This document shows positions 38,778-46,695 of a stretch of DNA of 64,000 nt, piece after piece. The number at the start of each line of letters is the position of its first letter. The stretch's first letter is position 1. The position numbers and the translations under genes are program-made. A model generated the notes under the pieces. The model worked only from the letters and a program-made list of their open reading frames with translations, was not told where the DNA came from and ran no database searches. The DNA lies in assembly GCA_963825385.1 (NCBI GenBank), contig CAWGSX010000003.1, forward strand, positions 1,356,088-1,420,087, given 5' to 3'. Origin of the DNA: an uncultured Pseudomonadota bacterium (GTDB taxonomy: Bacteria; Pseudomonadota; Gammaproteobacteria; Steroidobacterales; Steroidobacteraceae).

Positions 38778-41700
38778 ATGGCGATACAGCAGGCTTCTGC
38801 GGCCGTCTTCGTGAGCTACGCCTCCGAGGACGAAGCGGCGGCAGCACGCATGGCCAGCGCGCTGCGTGCCGCAGCCGTAGAAGTGTGGCTCGACCGTAGC
38901 GAGCTCAAGAGTGGCGACGCCTGGGACCACGCGATCCGGCAGCAGCTGCGCGACTGTGCGCTCTTCATGCCGGTGATCTCGCGCCACACGACGCGTCGGC
39001 CGGAAGCCTACTTCCGTCTCGAGTGGCATCTCGCCGATCAGCGTACGTTGCTCATGGCGCCCAGCAGGGCGTTTATCGTACCGGTATGTATCGATGACAC
39101 GACCGAAGCGGAAGCCGAGGTGCCCGAATCATTTCGGGCGGTTCAGTGGACGCGCCTGCCAGGCGGCGCCATCACCCAGGCATTCCGCCAGCGCGTCGTA
39201 GCGCTCTTGCAGACACCTGCGGGCAAGGCCCGGGATGGCAACGGCAGTTCACGCACAGCGGCTGCGTCGGACACAACGCCGTCCGCGGCTGAAGCCATCA
39301 AGCTCGGCCCGTTCGAGTTCGTGCCTTCGGATCGGCAGCTGCTGCGCGCCGGGCAGCCGGTCGAGCTCGGTGCGCGTGCGTTCGACGTGCTGCAGATTCT
39401 CGCGGAGCAACCGGGGCGGCTGGTGACGAAGGCGACACTGCTCGAGCGCGCCTGGCCGAACCTGGTAGTAGATGAGAACAATCTTCCGGCGCAGATCGCG
39501 AGTTTGCGTCGCGTACTCGGTGCGGCGGCGATCCGCACAGTGCAGGGCTTTGGTTACCGGCTCGAGCTGGAGGTCGTGCGTCCGGTGCGCACGGTACAGG
39601 CGCCGCCCGCGCCCGTGCGGCTTCCCGTGCGCGCTGTTACCAAGCGGCTGACGCCGCTCATCGGGCGGGAACGCGACTTGCAGGCTCTGCAGACAGCGCT
39701 CGACGGTGCGCGCTGCGTTACCGTGGTGGGCGGCGCCGGCATCGGTAAAACGCGTCTTGCGCAGGAGGTGCTAGCACATACCGTCGCCACTGCCGAGCGA
39801 CAAGGAGCCTGGCTGGACCTCGCGCCACTGGCGCAACTGCGTCACGTGGCGAGCGCGGTTGCGGCAGCTGTCGGGGTGACGTTGCCCGACCGCGGCGATG
39901 GTTTCGCGGCACTCGAGCAAACACTCGCGCAAGCGCCGCTGTTACTCATCTTCGACGGCGCTGAGCACCTGGCCAGCGAGCTCGCGCCGGTGCTTGCGAC
40001 GCTGCTCGCCGGGACGGCGGAGTTGCGGGTGCTTATTACCAGTCAAGTGCCGCTCGGCCTGCCTGGTGAAACCGTGTTCCGCCTCGGTGCGCTCACGGTT
40101 GATGAAGACTTCGGTTCAGAGGTGCCCGCTGACGCATCTGGCGCGATAACGCTATTCGTGCACCGGGCGACAGCCGCCGATCGACGTTTTGCGCTCACCA
40201 GCGCGAATCGGGCGGCGGTCACCGAGATCTGCCGCCGTCTTGATGGGAACCCGCTCGCACTCGAACTCGCCGCTGCGCGGGTGCCGGCGCTCGGGGTCGC
40301 TTCGCTGCTGGAGCGTCTCGGCGACCGGCTGCGGTTACTGAAGACTAACGCCGCGGTTGATGATGCGCACCACGGTGCATTGCAGGCCGCGTTCGATTGG
40401 AGCTATCAGCTCCTGTCGCCGGCCGAGCAGCTCGTATTCAACTGGCTCGGGGTGTTTACGGGCAGTTTTTCTCTCGATGCCGCGGCCCGTACTGTCGCGG
40501 ACGGGCCGATGGACCGCTGCGACGCCATCGATCTTATCTCGCGTCTCGTCGATCGCTCCCTGGTCAATGCGCTGCCCTCGGACCCGCCGCGCTACGAGCT
40601 TTCCGAGACTGCGCGACTCTATGCGCTCGCCCGTCTTGAGACAGCCGGTCAAGAACAGGCCGCGCGGCGCGCCATGGGGGCAGCACTGCTCGAGCTCCTC
40701 GACCGCGCCTACGGGCAGTATTGGTCCGAGGACGAGGCGTTATGGCTGGCGCGCTATGAGCCGGATATCGAGAACGTTCGCGGCGCGATGACGTGGGCGG
40801 CGGCGCACGACCCCGCGCTCGCGGTGGCCCTGTTTGGCTCAGCGTGGCCGCTGCTGTTCGAGGCGGATCTGAACGCCGAGGGGCGGCACAGCTATCACAA
40901 CACCGTCGGGCTACTGTCAGATGGGCTGCCGCGAGCCCGGGTCGGCCGCTTCTGGGAGGCGATTGCGACCTTCGAATCCCAGCGGCAATGCGATCGGGCA
41001 CGTTACGCGGCCGAGCTCGCCGCGAGCATGCACGCGGACAGCGGCGCTCTGCAGGCGCGCTACTACGCGCTGATGCTGCTGGCCAGCAACTGGCGCATCG
41101 ACAACGAGGCGGCCCGCGCGGCCTTCGATGCCGCGCGCGCGCTGGAGGATTCGACCTGGCCTGCGCGCCTTCTGGGGCTCGGTGCGCTGACCGAGGGAGC
41201 GCTGCTCCTGACCCGAGGGGAGTTCCTGGCTGCGCGCGCGGCGTACCAGCGCGCGCTGCGCGCCTCGCTCAGCGTCAGCGAGAGGCAGGCGCTCGCGGCG
41301 ACTGCCGAGATCGTAGAGCTGGATATCGCCTGCGGCGAGCCCGTCGCGGCGCTGCAGCTGGCGCGGCCGCTGGTCGAGCGGCTGCGGCACTCGAGCAGGA
41401 GCGCCGTGCGCTTCGGACTACTGATAGCGACACTGCAGGCGCTGCTGCAGACCGGCGAACTGGAGGACGCGCGTGCGATCGGCTACGAGATACTCGAGAC
41501 CGGCACACGCCTCGAACCGGCGCGGCTGTATACGGCGCTCGATGCCATGGCGCAGCTCGCCTGCGCCGAGAGGCAGTTCAGGCAAGCAGCCCGGGTAGCT
41601 GCCTGCGCGGACGCCGCCTACGCCTTGCATGGGCAGGGCGAGCGCCGCTTGGTCGAGGCACGCCTGCGCGCGCAGACTGAGAGCTGTCTCGAGCGCGAGC

Positions 41701-41792
41701 TCGGTGCTGACTGGCGCGAGTCCGCGGTCGACCGCAGCGCGCCACTCGATGAGCGCGGTGCCTGTGCACTCGTCCTCGGGCTCGGTGTCTGA
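38778..41792 (+). CDS. TIR domain / OmpR-type winged-helix / NB-ARC STAND ATPase / TPR-like repeat protein (1004 aa)
   Basis: The TIR domain covers aa 8 to about 135 (VFVSYASEDE...FMPVIS...YFRLEWHLA). The trans_reg_C wHTH covers about aa 175-262 (FEFVPSDRQLLRAGQPVELGARAFDVLQILA...NLPAQIASLRRVLG...GFGYRL). The ATPase has Walker A GGAGIGKT (nt 39729-39752), Walker B LLLIFD, the GNPLALE motif and LSPAEQLVFNWLGVF. An Ala/Leu-rich helical repeat region of about 440 aa follows. Confidence 0.9.
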   Translation: MAIQQASAAVFVSYASEDEAAAARMASALRAAAVEVWLDRSELKSGDAWDHAIRQQLRDCALFMPVISRHTTRRPEAYFRLEWHLADQRTLLMAPSRAFIVPVCIDDTTEAEAEVPESFRAVQWTRLPGGAITQAFRQRVVALLQTPAGKARDGNGSSRTAAASDTTPSAAEAIKLGPFEFVPSDRQLLRAGQPVELGARAFDVLQILAEQPGRLVTKATLLERAWPNLVVDENNLPAQIASLRRVLGAAAIRTVQGFGYRLELEVVRPVRTVQAPPAPVRLPVRAVTKRLTPLIGRERDLQALQTALDGARCVTVVGGAGIGKTRLAQEVLAHTVATAERQGAWLDLAPLAQLRHVASAVAAAVGVTLPDRGDGFAALEQTLAQAPLLLIFDGAEHLASELAPVLATLLAGTAELRVLITSQVPLGLPGETVFRLGALTVDEDFGSEVPADASGAITLFVHRATAADRRFALTSANRAAVTEICRRLDGNPLALELAAARVPALGVASLLERLGDRLRLLKTNAAVDDAHHGALQAAFDWSYQLLSPAEQLVFNWLGVFTGSFSLDAAARTVADGPMDRCDAIDLISRLVDRSLVNALPSDPPRYELSETARLYALARLETAGQEQAARRAMGAALLELLDRAYGQYWSEDEALWLARYEPDIENVRGAMTWAAAHDPALAVALFGSAWPLLFEADLNAEGRHSYHNTVGLLSDGLPRARVGRFWEAIATFESQRQCDRARYAAELAASMHADSGALQARYYALMLLASNWRIDNEAARAAFDAARALEDSTWPARLLGLGALTEGALLLTRGEFLAARAAYQRALRASLSVSERQALAATAEIVELDIACGEPVAALQLARPLVERLRHSSRSAVRFGLLIATLQALLQTGELEDARAIGYEILETGTRLEPARLYTALDAMAQLACAERQFRQAARVAACADAAYALHGQGERRLVEARLRAQTESCLERELGADWRESAVDRSAPLDERGACALVLGLGV

Positions 41793-41865
41793 GGCGGACC
41801 TGCGATTCAGAAACGTTTCAGGTGCATTTCAAGACCGCGCAGCACCCGCGCGCCATCATGGACCT

Positions 41866-41882
41866 GCCCTTAGATAAAGGGC
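41866..41882 (+). terminator. Rho-independent terminator candidate
   Basis: GCCCTT-AGATA-AAGGGC followed by CTTTCTGTGT, 74 nt after the stop of the TIR-STAND gene. Confidence 0.4.
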
Positions 41883-41909
41883 CTTTCTGTGTAAACCAGG
41901 AGAGAATCC

Positions 41910-42182
41910 ATGCCTAAGTTCGTGATCGAGCGAGATATTCCCGGCGCCGGCAAGCTCAGTCCGGCGGAGCTCAAGAGCGTATCCCAGAAGTCCTGCGGGG
42001 TCCTGTCAAGCCTGGGGCCGAGCGTGCAGTGGATGCACAGCTACGTGACCGGCGACAAGATTTACTGCGTGTATCACGCCAAGGACGAATCGCTGATCCG
42101 GCGTCATGCAGAGCTCGGCGGCTTCCCGGCTAATCGCATCGGGCGTGTCACGGCGATCATCGATCCCACTACGGCGGAGTGA
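41910..42182 (+). CDS. DUF4242 domain protein
   Basis: MPKFVIERDIPGAGKLSPAEL...VQWMHSYVTGDKIYCVYHAKDE..IRRHAELGGFPA matches the DUF4242 pattern. GGAGAG lies upstream. Confidence 0.8.
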   Translation: MPKFVIERDIPGAGKLSPAELKSVSQKSCGVLSSLGPSVQWMHSYVTGDKIYCVYHAKDESLIRRHAELGGFPANRIGRVTAIIDPTTAE

Positions 42183-42276
42183 CGCGGAGCTGCGCTGGGA
42201 CGCAGCGCTTCGCGATCGACCATGTCGGGGGCAGTGTGCCGTCCTTATGTCGCAATGACGGTTAGCAACCGCGGTT

Positions 42277-43338
42277 CTACTGAAGCTTGAACTGCCGCGT
42301 CATGTTGTCCTCGATAGCGGCTCTTGAAAGCGAGGGGCCCAACCCTGTGTTGCGGTAATAAAGCGCCTTCAAGAAAGCCAGATCGGCGGCTGTCATCGCA
42401 GTGGGCCTTTCACGGGCGCTGCAGCTCGATGCCATTAGGTCCAGAATGCTCGGCAATAGATCGCAATGGTCCGGCGATTGCACCACCGACAACGTCAGCA
42501 TCGCTACGTAGTCAGCGATCGTCCCGATCGAGGAGCCGCCGACTTTCGTGGTGTCGACGATCAGGATGACGGTGCCGATACCGATGCCACTGCCGCTGCT
42601 ACCGCCCAAGCGGGTCCCGATGGCGTCAGTTCCGAGATATTTCTGGGCGATCTGTGGCCACACCGGCAGCACGTCAAGCCCTACCAATGCCTCGTCAGAA
42701 TTCAAGACTCTGGCGCCACCGCGGGTGGTGATGTACCAGCCCTGGATCACGTGGTCGCCTTTATACGCCAGGAGATCCTTCATCCCTCCCGAGTACCTGA
42801 CACCAAAGGTGGATGGCGCCGTCGCCCATTTCAGCACCTCATCCATGCTTTCCTTGGGGTTGCTCGTGAAGACTATCTGCACATTGTGTTCGCATCGGGG
42901 ATTCGATTGCACGGGCGCGCCAACATACGCCGCCAGCGCGCGAAGTCGCGCCGTCACGAGGGCGTTGTTTCCCGGTTCGAGCCCAACGGTCAGCGGGCAG
43001 ATGCTCTGATTGCCTCCACGCCATCGCGCCAGGTTGCGCGTCGTCGGGGTAGTCACATAGTGGGTCGTCGCGTGGTGCACTATGAATTGATACAGGCTGT
43101 CTCCCGCCAATTCCTCGTTGGTGGGAGGGCCCGGAGTCCTCACAGTCACCTCGGCAACTTCTGGCCATGCAGTTGCATTCACATCGTGCGCGATCGAGGG
43201 CAAGCCGGCATGGGACAGTGCCTGGGTCTGCGCCGGCTGCGCCGCAGGCGTGCTGGCCGCGCAGACATAGCCGAAGACCCCAATCGTTGCCACGAGCAGC
43301 ACCCGGGACTGCATGTTGAACAAAGCCATACGATGCAT
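42277..43338 (-). CDS. Hypothetical secreted protein
   Basis: Start chosen at MHRMALFNMQSRVLLVATIGVFGYVCA (signal-like). The ORF is long and coding-like. No family recognised with confidence. Confidence 0.65.
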   Translation of the reverse strand: MHRMALFNMQSRVLLVATIGVFGYVCAASTPAAQPAQTQALSHAGLPSIAHDVNATAWPEVAEVTVRTPGPPTNEELAGDSLYQFIVHHATTHYVTTPTTRNLARWRGGNQSICPLTVGLEPGNNALVTARLRALAAYVGAPVQSNPRCEHNVQIVFTSNPKESMDEVLKWATAPSTFGVRYSGGMKDLLAYKGDHVIQGWYITTRGGARVLNSDEALVGLDVLPVWPQIAQKYLGTDAIGTRLGGSSGSGIGIGTVILIVDTTKVGGSSIGTIADYVAMLTLSVVQSPDHCDLLPSILDLMASSCSARERPTAMTAADLAFLKALYYRNTGLGPSLSRAAIEDNMTRQFKLQ

Positions 43339-44033
43339 TGCTGCAGGCTTCCCGGGCGCTATCTGACGATTAGAGCCTGGTGCGGCGCCAGAGTTTCCTG
43401 GCACTTTTGGGGTGACGTGCATGCAGGGGTTTCCTGAAAAGGCTGCTCGGCGCCGGCGCTTTCCTTTCTTGCCACGGCTGGTGCGCAACCACCGCGGCGC
43501 ATCCTGTGGCTCGCGCACTCATGCTTGCAGCATGCGCTGTGCACAAGCCCGAGGATAGCGTGCGGTGCGAGTCGACGCCGCATGGATACGCCTGATACGT
43601 CTGTCAACGGCAGGAACCTCACCCGGATCCACCGCCTCAGGGTCTCAGCGCTGGAGCTGGGCTTTCCTGCGCCGAGAGGGGTTTCGCTTGGGATCCGTGG
43701 GTGTCCGCGTCACCCCGCTCAGGGAGCCTTACAAAAGGCAATAATCGTGGCATTTGCCGGCTGTGCCGAAGGTGTGACCTTTGCGCTCATTGCAGCTCTT
43801 CGACTACCATCGGCACCCGTTGTCGCAGCGAACGTTTGCCCCACGCGCCCTTCACCACTGTCGCCATGTGCTGCGTCTGCGTGCGCGGCAGATGACCAGC
43901 GCGGCTTCTGCGTCGCGCCGCACTCCGCCTCACCACCTGCCAGGAGCCCCATGCGCGTCTTGAACCGCCTCAAGACGGACCGATGGCCTGCCCAGACACT
44001 GCGCGGGCCGCCCAGCTTGGGGATCTGCGCGAG

Positions 44034-45533
44034 ATGAGCTCATGCAGTGCCCTGCGCGCGGGGCAGTACGCGGCGGCTCTGGCTCTTGCAGTTCTGGCCA
44101 GTGGCGGCTGCGCGGTGGGGCCGAACTTCAAGAGGCCGCCCGCGCCACAGGTCAGCGGCTACGGCGCAGCTCCGCTTCCCGAAGCTACCACCCCGAGCGG
44201 CCCGGCTAGCGAAACCCAACGCTTTGCCAGCGGCAGCGACATCTCCGCAGACTGGTGGACCTTATTTCATTCCGAGTCGCTGAACGCGCTCGTTGCGCAG
44301 TCACTCCTCACCAACCCGGATCTCAAGTCGGCACAGGCTGCTCTGTCGGTGGCGCGGGAGAACGTACTGGCGCAGCGCGGCGTCTACTATCCGAGCGTCG
44401 CCGCGAGCTTTTCCGCGAGCCGCCAGCGCCAGGCGGGAACGATCTCGCCGACCCCGAGTTCGAACGCGTTCCAGTACAACCTCTTTACCCCGCAGGTCAG
44501 CGTCGCCTACGTGCCGGACGTATTCGGCCTCAACCGGCGCACGGTCGAGTCCCTGCAGGCGCAGGCCCAAGAAGTGCGCTTTCAGATGATCGCCACCTAT
44601 ACCACCCTGACCTCCAATGTCGTGGTGACGGCGATTCAGATCGGTTCCGTGCGGGCGCAAATCGAGGCGACCCGGCAGCTGATCGAGCTCAATTCCCGCA
44701 TGCTGGAGATCGTGAAGTACCAGGCGGACAAAGGCTATGCGAGCGGACTGGACCTCGCCGCGCAGGACGCGCAGCTTGCGCAGGTCGCCGCGACGCTGCC
44801 GCCACTTCTGAAGCAGGAGGCACAGCTGCGCGACCTGCTCGCGGTGCTGGCGGGCCGCTTCCCGAGCGAGGCGCCGGCTGAGAACTTCGCCCTGACGGAC
44901 CTGCAGCTGCCTCACGAGCTGCCGGTGAGTCTGCCTTCGGCACTCGTGGCGCAGCGTCCCGATGTGCTGCAGGCTGAGGCGAACATGCACGACGCGAGTG
45001 CCAAGATCGGCATCGCGATCGCCAACCGGCTGCCGAATATCGAGCTGACCGCCAACGCCGGCAGTACGGCACTCGCCATCAACCAGCTGTTTACCGGCGG
45101 TACCGGCTTCTGGGGAATCGGTGCCGCGGCCACCGCACCTCTTTTCCAGGGCGGCATGCTGTTGCACCAGCAGCGCGCGGCGCAGGCAGCCTACGTGCAG
45201 GCCTCTGAGCAGTATCGCAGCACGGTGCTGACCGCCTTCCAGAACGTCGCGGACACACTGGCAGCCCTGCAGCAGGACGCCGATGCCCTGCAAGCCGCGA
45301 GCACCGCCGCCGCTGCGGCTAAAGTGACGCTCGATCTCGCACAGCGCCAGCAACGGGTCGGCTACGCCGGCTATCTCGCGCTCTTGAACGCGGAGCAGGC
45401 CTACCAGCAGGCCCGCATCAGCCTCGTGGAAGCACAGGCAAGTCGCTTGGCCGACACCGCGGCACTGTTCCAGGCACTCGGCGGAGGCTGGTGGCATCGT
45501 GCCGATCTGGCTGCGGATGAGCATGGTAACTAG
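44034..45533 (+). CDS. RND efflux outer-membrane factor lipoprotein (NodT/CzcC-type)
   Basis: Lipobox LASGGC followed by AVGPNFKRP. Two OEP repeats. First gene of an OMF-MFP-RND operon. Confidence 0.9.
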   Translation: MSSCSALRAGQYAAALALAVLASGGCAVGPNFKRPPAPQVSGYGAAPLPEATTPSGPASETQRFASGSDISADWWTLFHSESLNALVAQSLLTNPDLKSAQAALSVARENVLAQRGVYYPSVAASFSASRQRQAGTISPTPSSNAFQYNLFTPQVSVAYVPDVFGLNRRTVESLQAQAQEVRFQMIATYTTLTSNVVVTAIQIGSVRAQIEATRQLIELNSRMLEIVKYQADKGYASGLDLAAQDAQLAQVAATLPPLLKQEAQLRDLLAVLAGRFPSEAPAENFALTDLQLPHELPVSLPSALVAQRPDVLQAEANMHDASAKIGIAIANRLPNIELTANAGSTALAINQLFTGGTGFWGIGAAATAPLFQGGMLLHQQRAAQAAYVQASEQYRSTVLTAFQNVADTLAALQQDADALQAASTAAAAAKVTLDLAQRQQRVGYAGYLALLNAEQAYQQARISLVEAQASRLADTAALFQALGGGWWHRADLAADEHGN

Positions 45534-46695
45534 CGGCGCGATCGATACCTGCCGTACCTCAGCTGTGGCGGCCCTGGCCGCTGCGGGGCTTCTGGCGCTG
45601 TGCCTCGCGACTGGGGGCTGTTCGGAGAAGACCGACACCGCGCCCCCGACTGCGGCAAACGACAACGTGCGGCTCACGCCGGCGCAGCGCCAGCACGTCG
45701 GCCTCTTCACAGTCGTGTCAGCAAAATTCCACAGGAACACCGAAACCACGGGCGTCGTCGATTTCGACAACGACCAGGCGACGAGCGTGCTGGCGCCGTT
45801 CTCCGGTCCGGTGTCGCGCCTGCTCGTCGACCTCGGCGCGCGGGTCAAGATGGGCGACCCTCTGGCGCTGGTCGATTCACCGGACTTCGCCGCGGCGATC
45901 AGTGCTTATCAGAAGGCCCGCGCCACCGCGCAGACCAACCGCCGTCTTGCGGACCTGGACAAGGATTTGCTGGAGCACCACGGCGTAGCCCAGCGCGAAG
46001 CGGCACAGGCGGAAACGGATGCCGTAAATGCCGAGGCCGACCGCGATGCCGCCCTGCAGGCGCTGATTTCCCTCAACGTAAACCCGCAGACGATCGAGGA
46101 CCTGCGCGCCGGCCGGCCGGTGAAGCACGCGACGGCCGTCATCCGCGCGCCGATCGCGGGCACGGTGGTGGAGAAACTCATCACACCCGGTCAGCTGCTG
46201 AGCGCGGGCACGACGCCATGCTTTACGGTAGCCAACCTGTCACGCGTCTGGGTCATGGCGCAGGTCTTCGGCGGCGATTTGAGCGCCGTAAGCCCGGGCG
46301 ATCCGGCCGAGGTGACCAGCGGTATCGGCTCCGATACCTTTCCGGGCAAGGTGGACAACATTTCGGCGCTGGTGGACCCGGACACTCGGGCCGTAGCGGT
46401 GCGCGTGGTCGTCGATAACCCTAAACAGCTCCTCAAAAAGCAGATGTACGTGCGCGTCTCGATCCGTTCCGGGGCGGAGAGCGACGGGCTGCTCGTGCCC
46501 GTCTCCGCCATCCTGCGCGATGATGAGAACCTCCCCTTCGTCTACGTCGCAGAATCTGATGGCAGCTTCGCACGCCGGCACGTCTCCCTGGGCTTCCGTA
46601 CCGGTGAGCAGTACGACATCGCCGACGGGCTCAAGGTCGGCGACCGGATCGTAGTCGCCGGCGGCATCTTCGTTCAGTTCATGCAAAGCCAATGA
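45517..46695 (+). CDS. RND efflux periplasmic adaptor (CzcB/CusB-type)
   Basis: Lipobox ATGGC. Hairpin, lipoyl and beta-barrel regions (IRAPIAGTVVEK, GKVDNISALVDPDTRAVAVRVVVDN). The start is ambiguous (GTG 45499, ATG 45517 or ATG 45523). The stop overlaps the next ATG. Confidence 0.85.
   Translation: MSMVTSGAIDTCRTSAVAALAAAGLLALCLATGGCSEKTDTAPPTAANDNVRLTPAQRQHVGLFTVVSAKFHRNTETTGVVDFDNDQATSVLAPFSGPVSRLLVDLGARVKMGDPLALVDSPDFAAAISAYQKARATAQTNRRLADLDKDLLEHHGVAQREAAQAETDAVNAEADRDAALQALISLNVNPQTIEDLRAGRPVKHATAVIRAPIAGTVVEKLITPGQLLSAGTTPCFTVANLSRVWVMAQVFGGDLSAVSPGDPAEVTSGIGSDTFPGKVDNISALVDPDTRAVAVRVVVDNPKQLLKKQMYVRVSIRSGAESDGLLVPVSAILRDDENLPFVYVAESDGSFARRHVSLGFRTGEQYDIADGLKVGDRIVVAGGIFVQFMQSQ

Noticed and set aside
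43525-44037. 170-aa ORF in the leader of the czc operon
   Set aside because: It has mixed codon bias, a Pro/Ala/Arg-rich product and no signal peptide or metal-binding motif. It is kept only as part of the gap finding.
44301-45848. 515-aa minus-strand ORF over the OMF and adaptor genes
   Set aside because: Antisense shadow ORF. The plus-strand genes have clear family signatures and lipoboxes.
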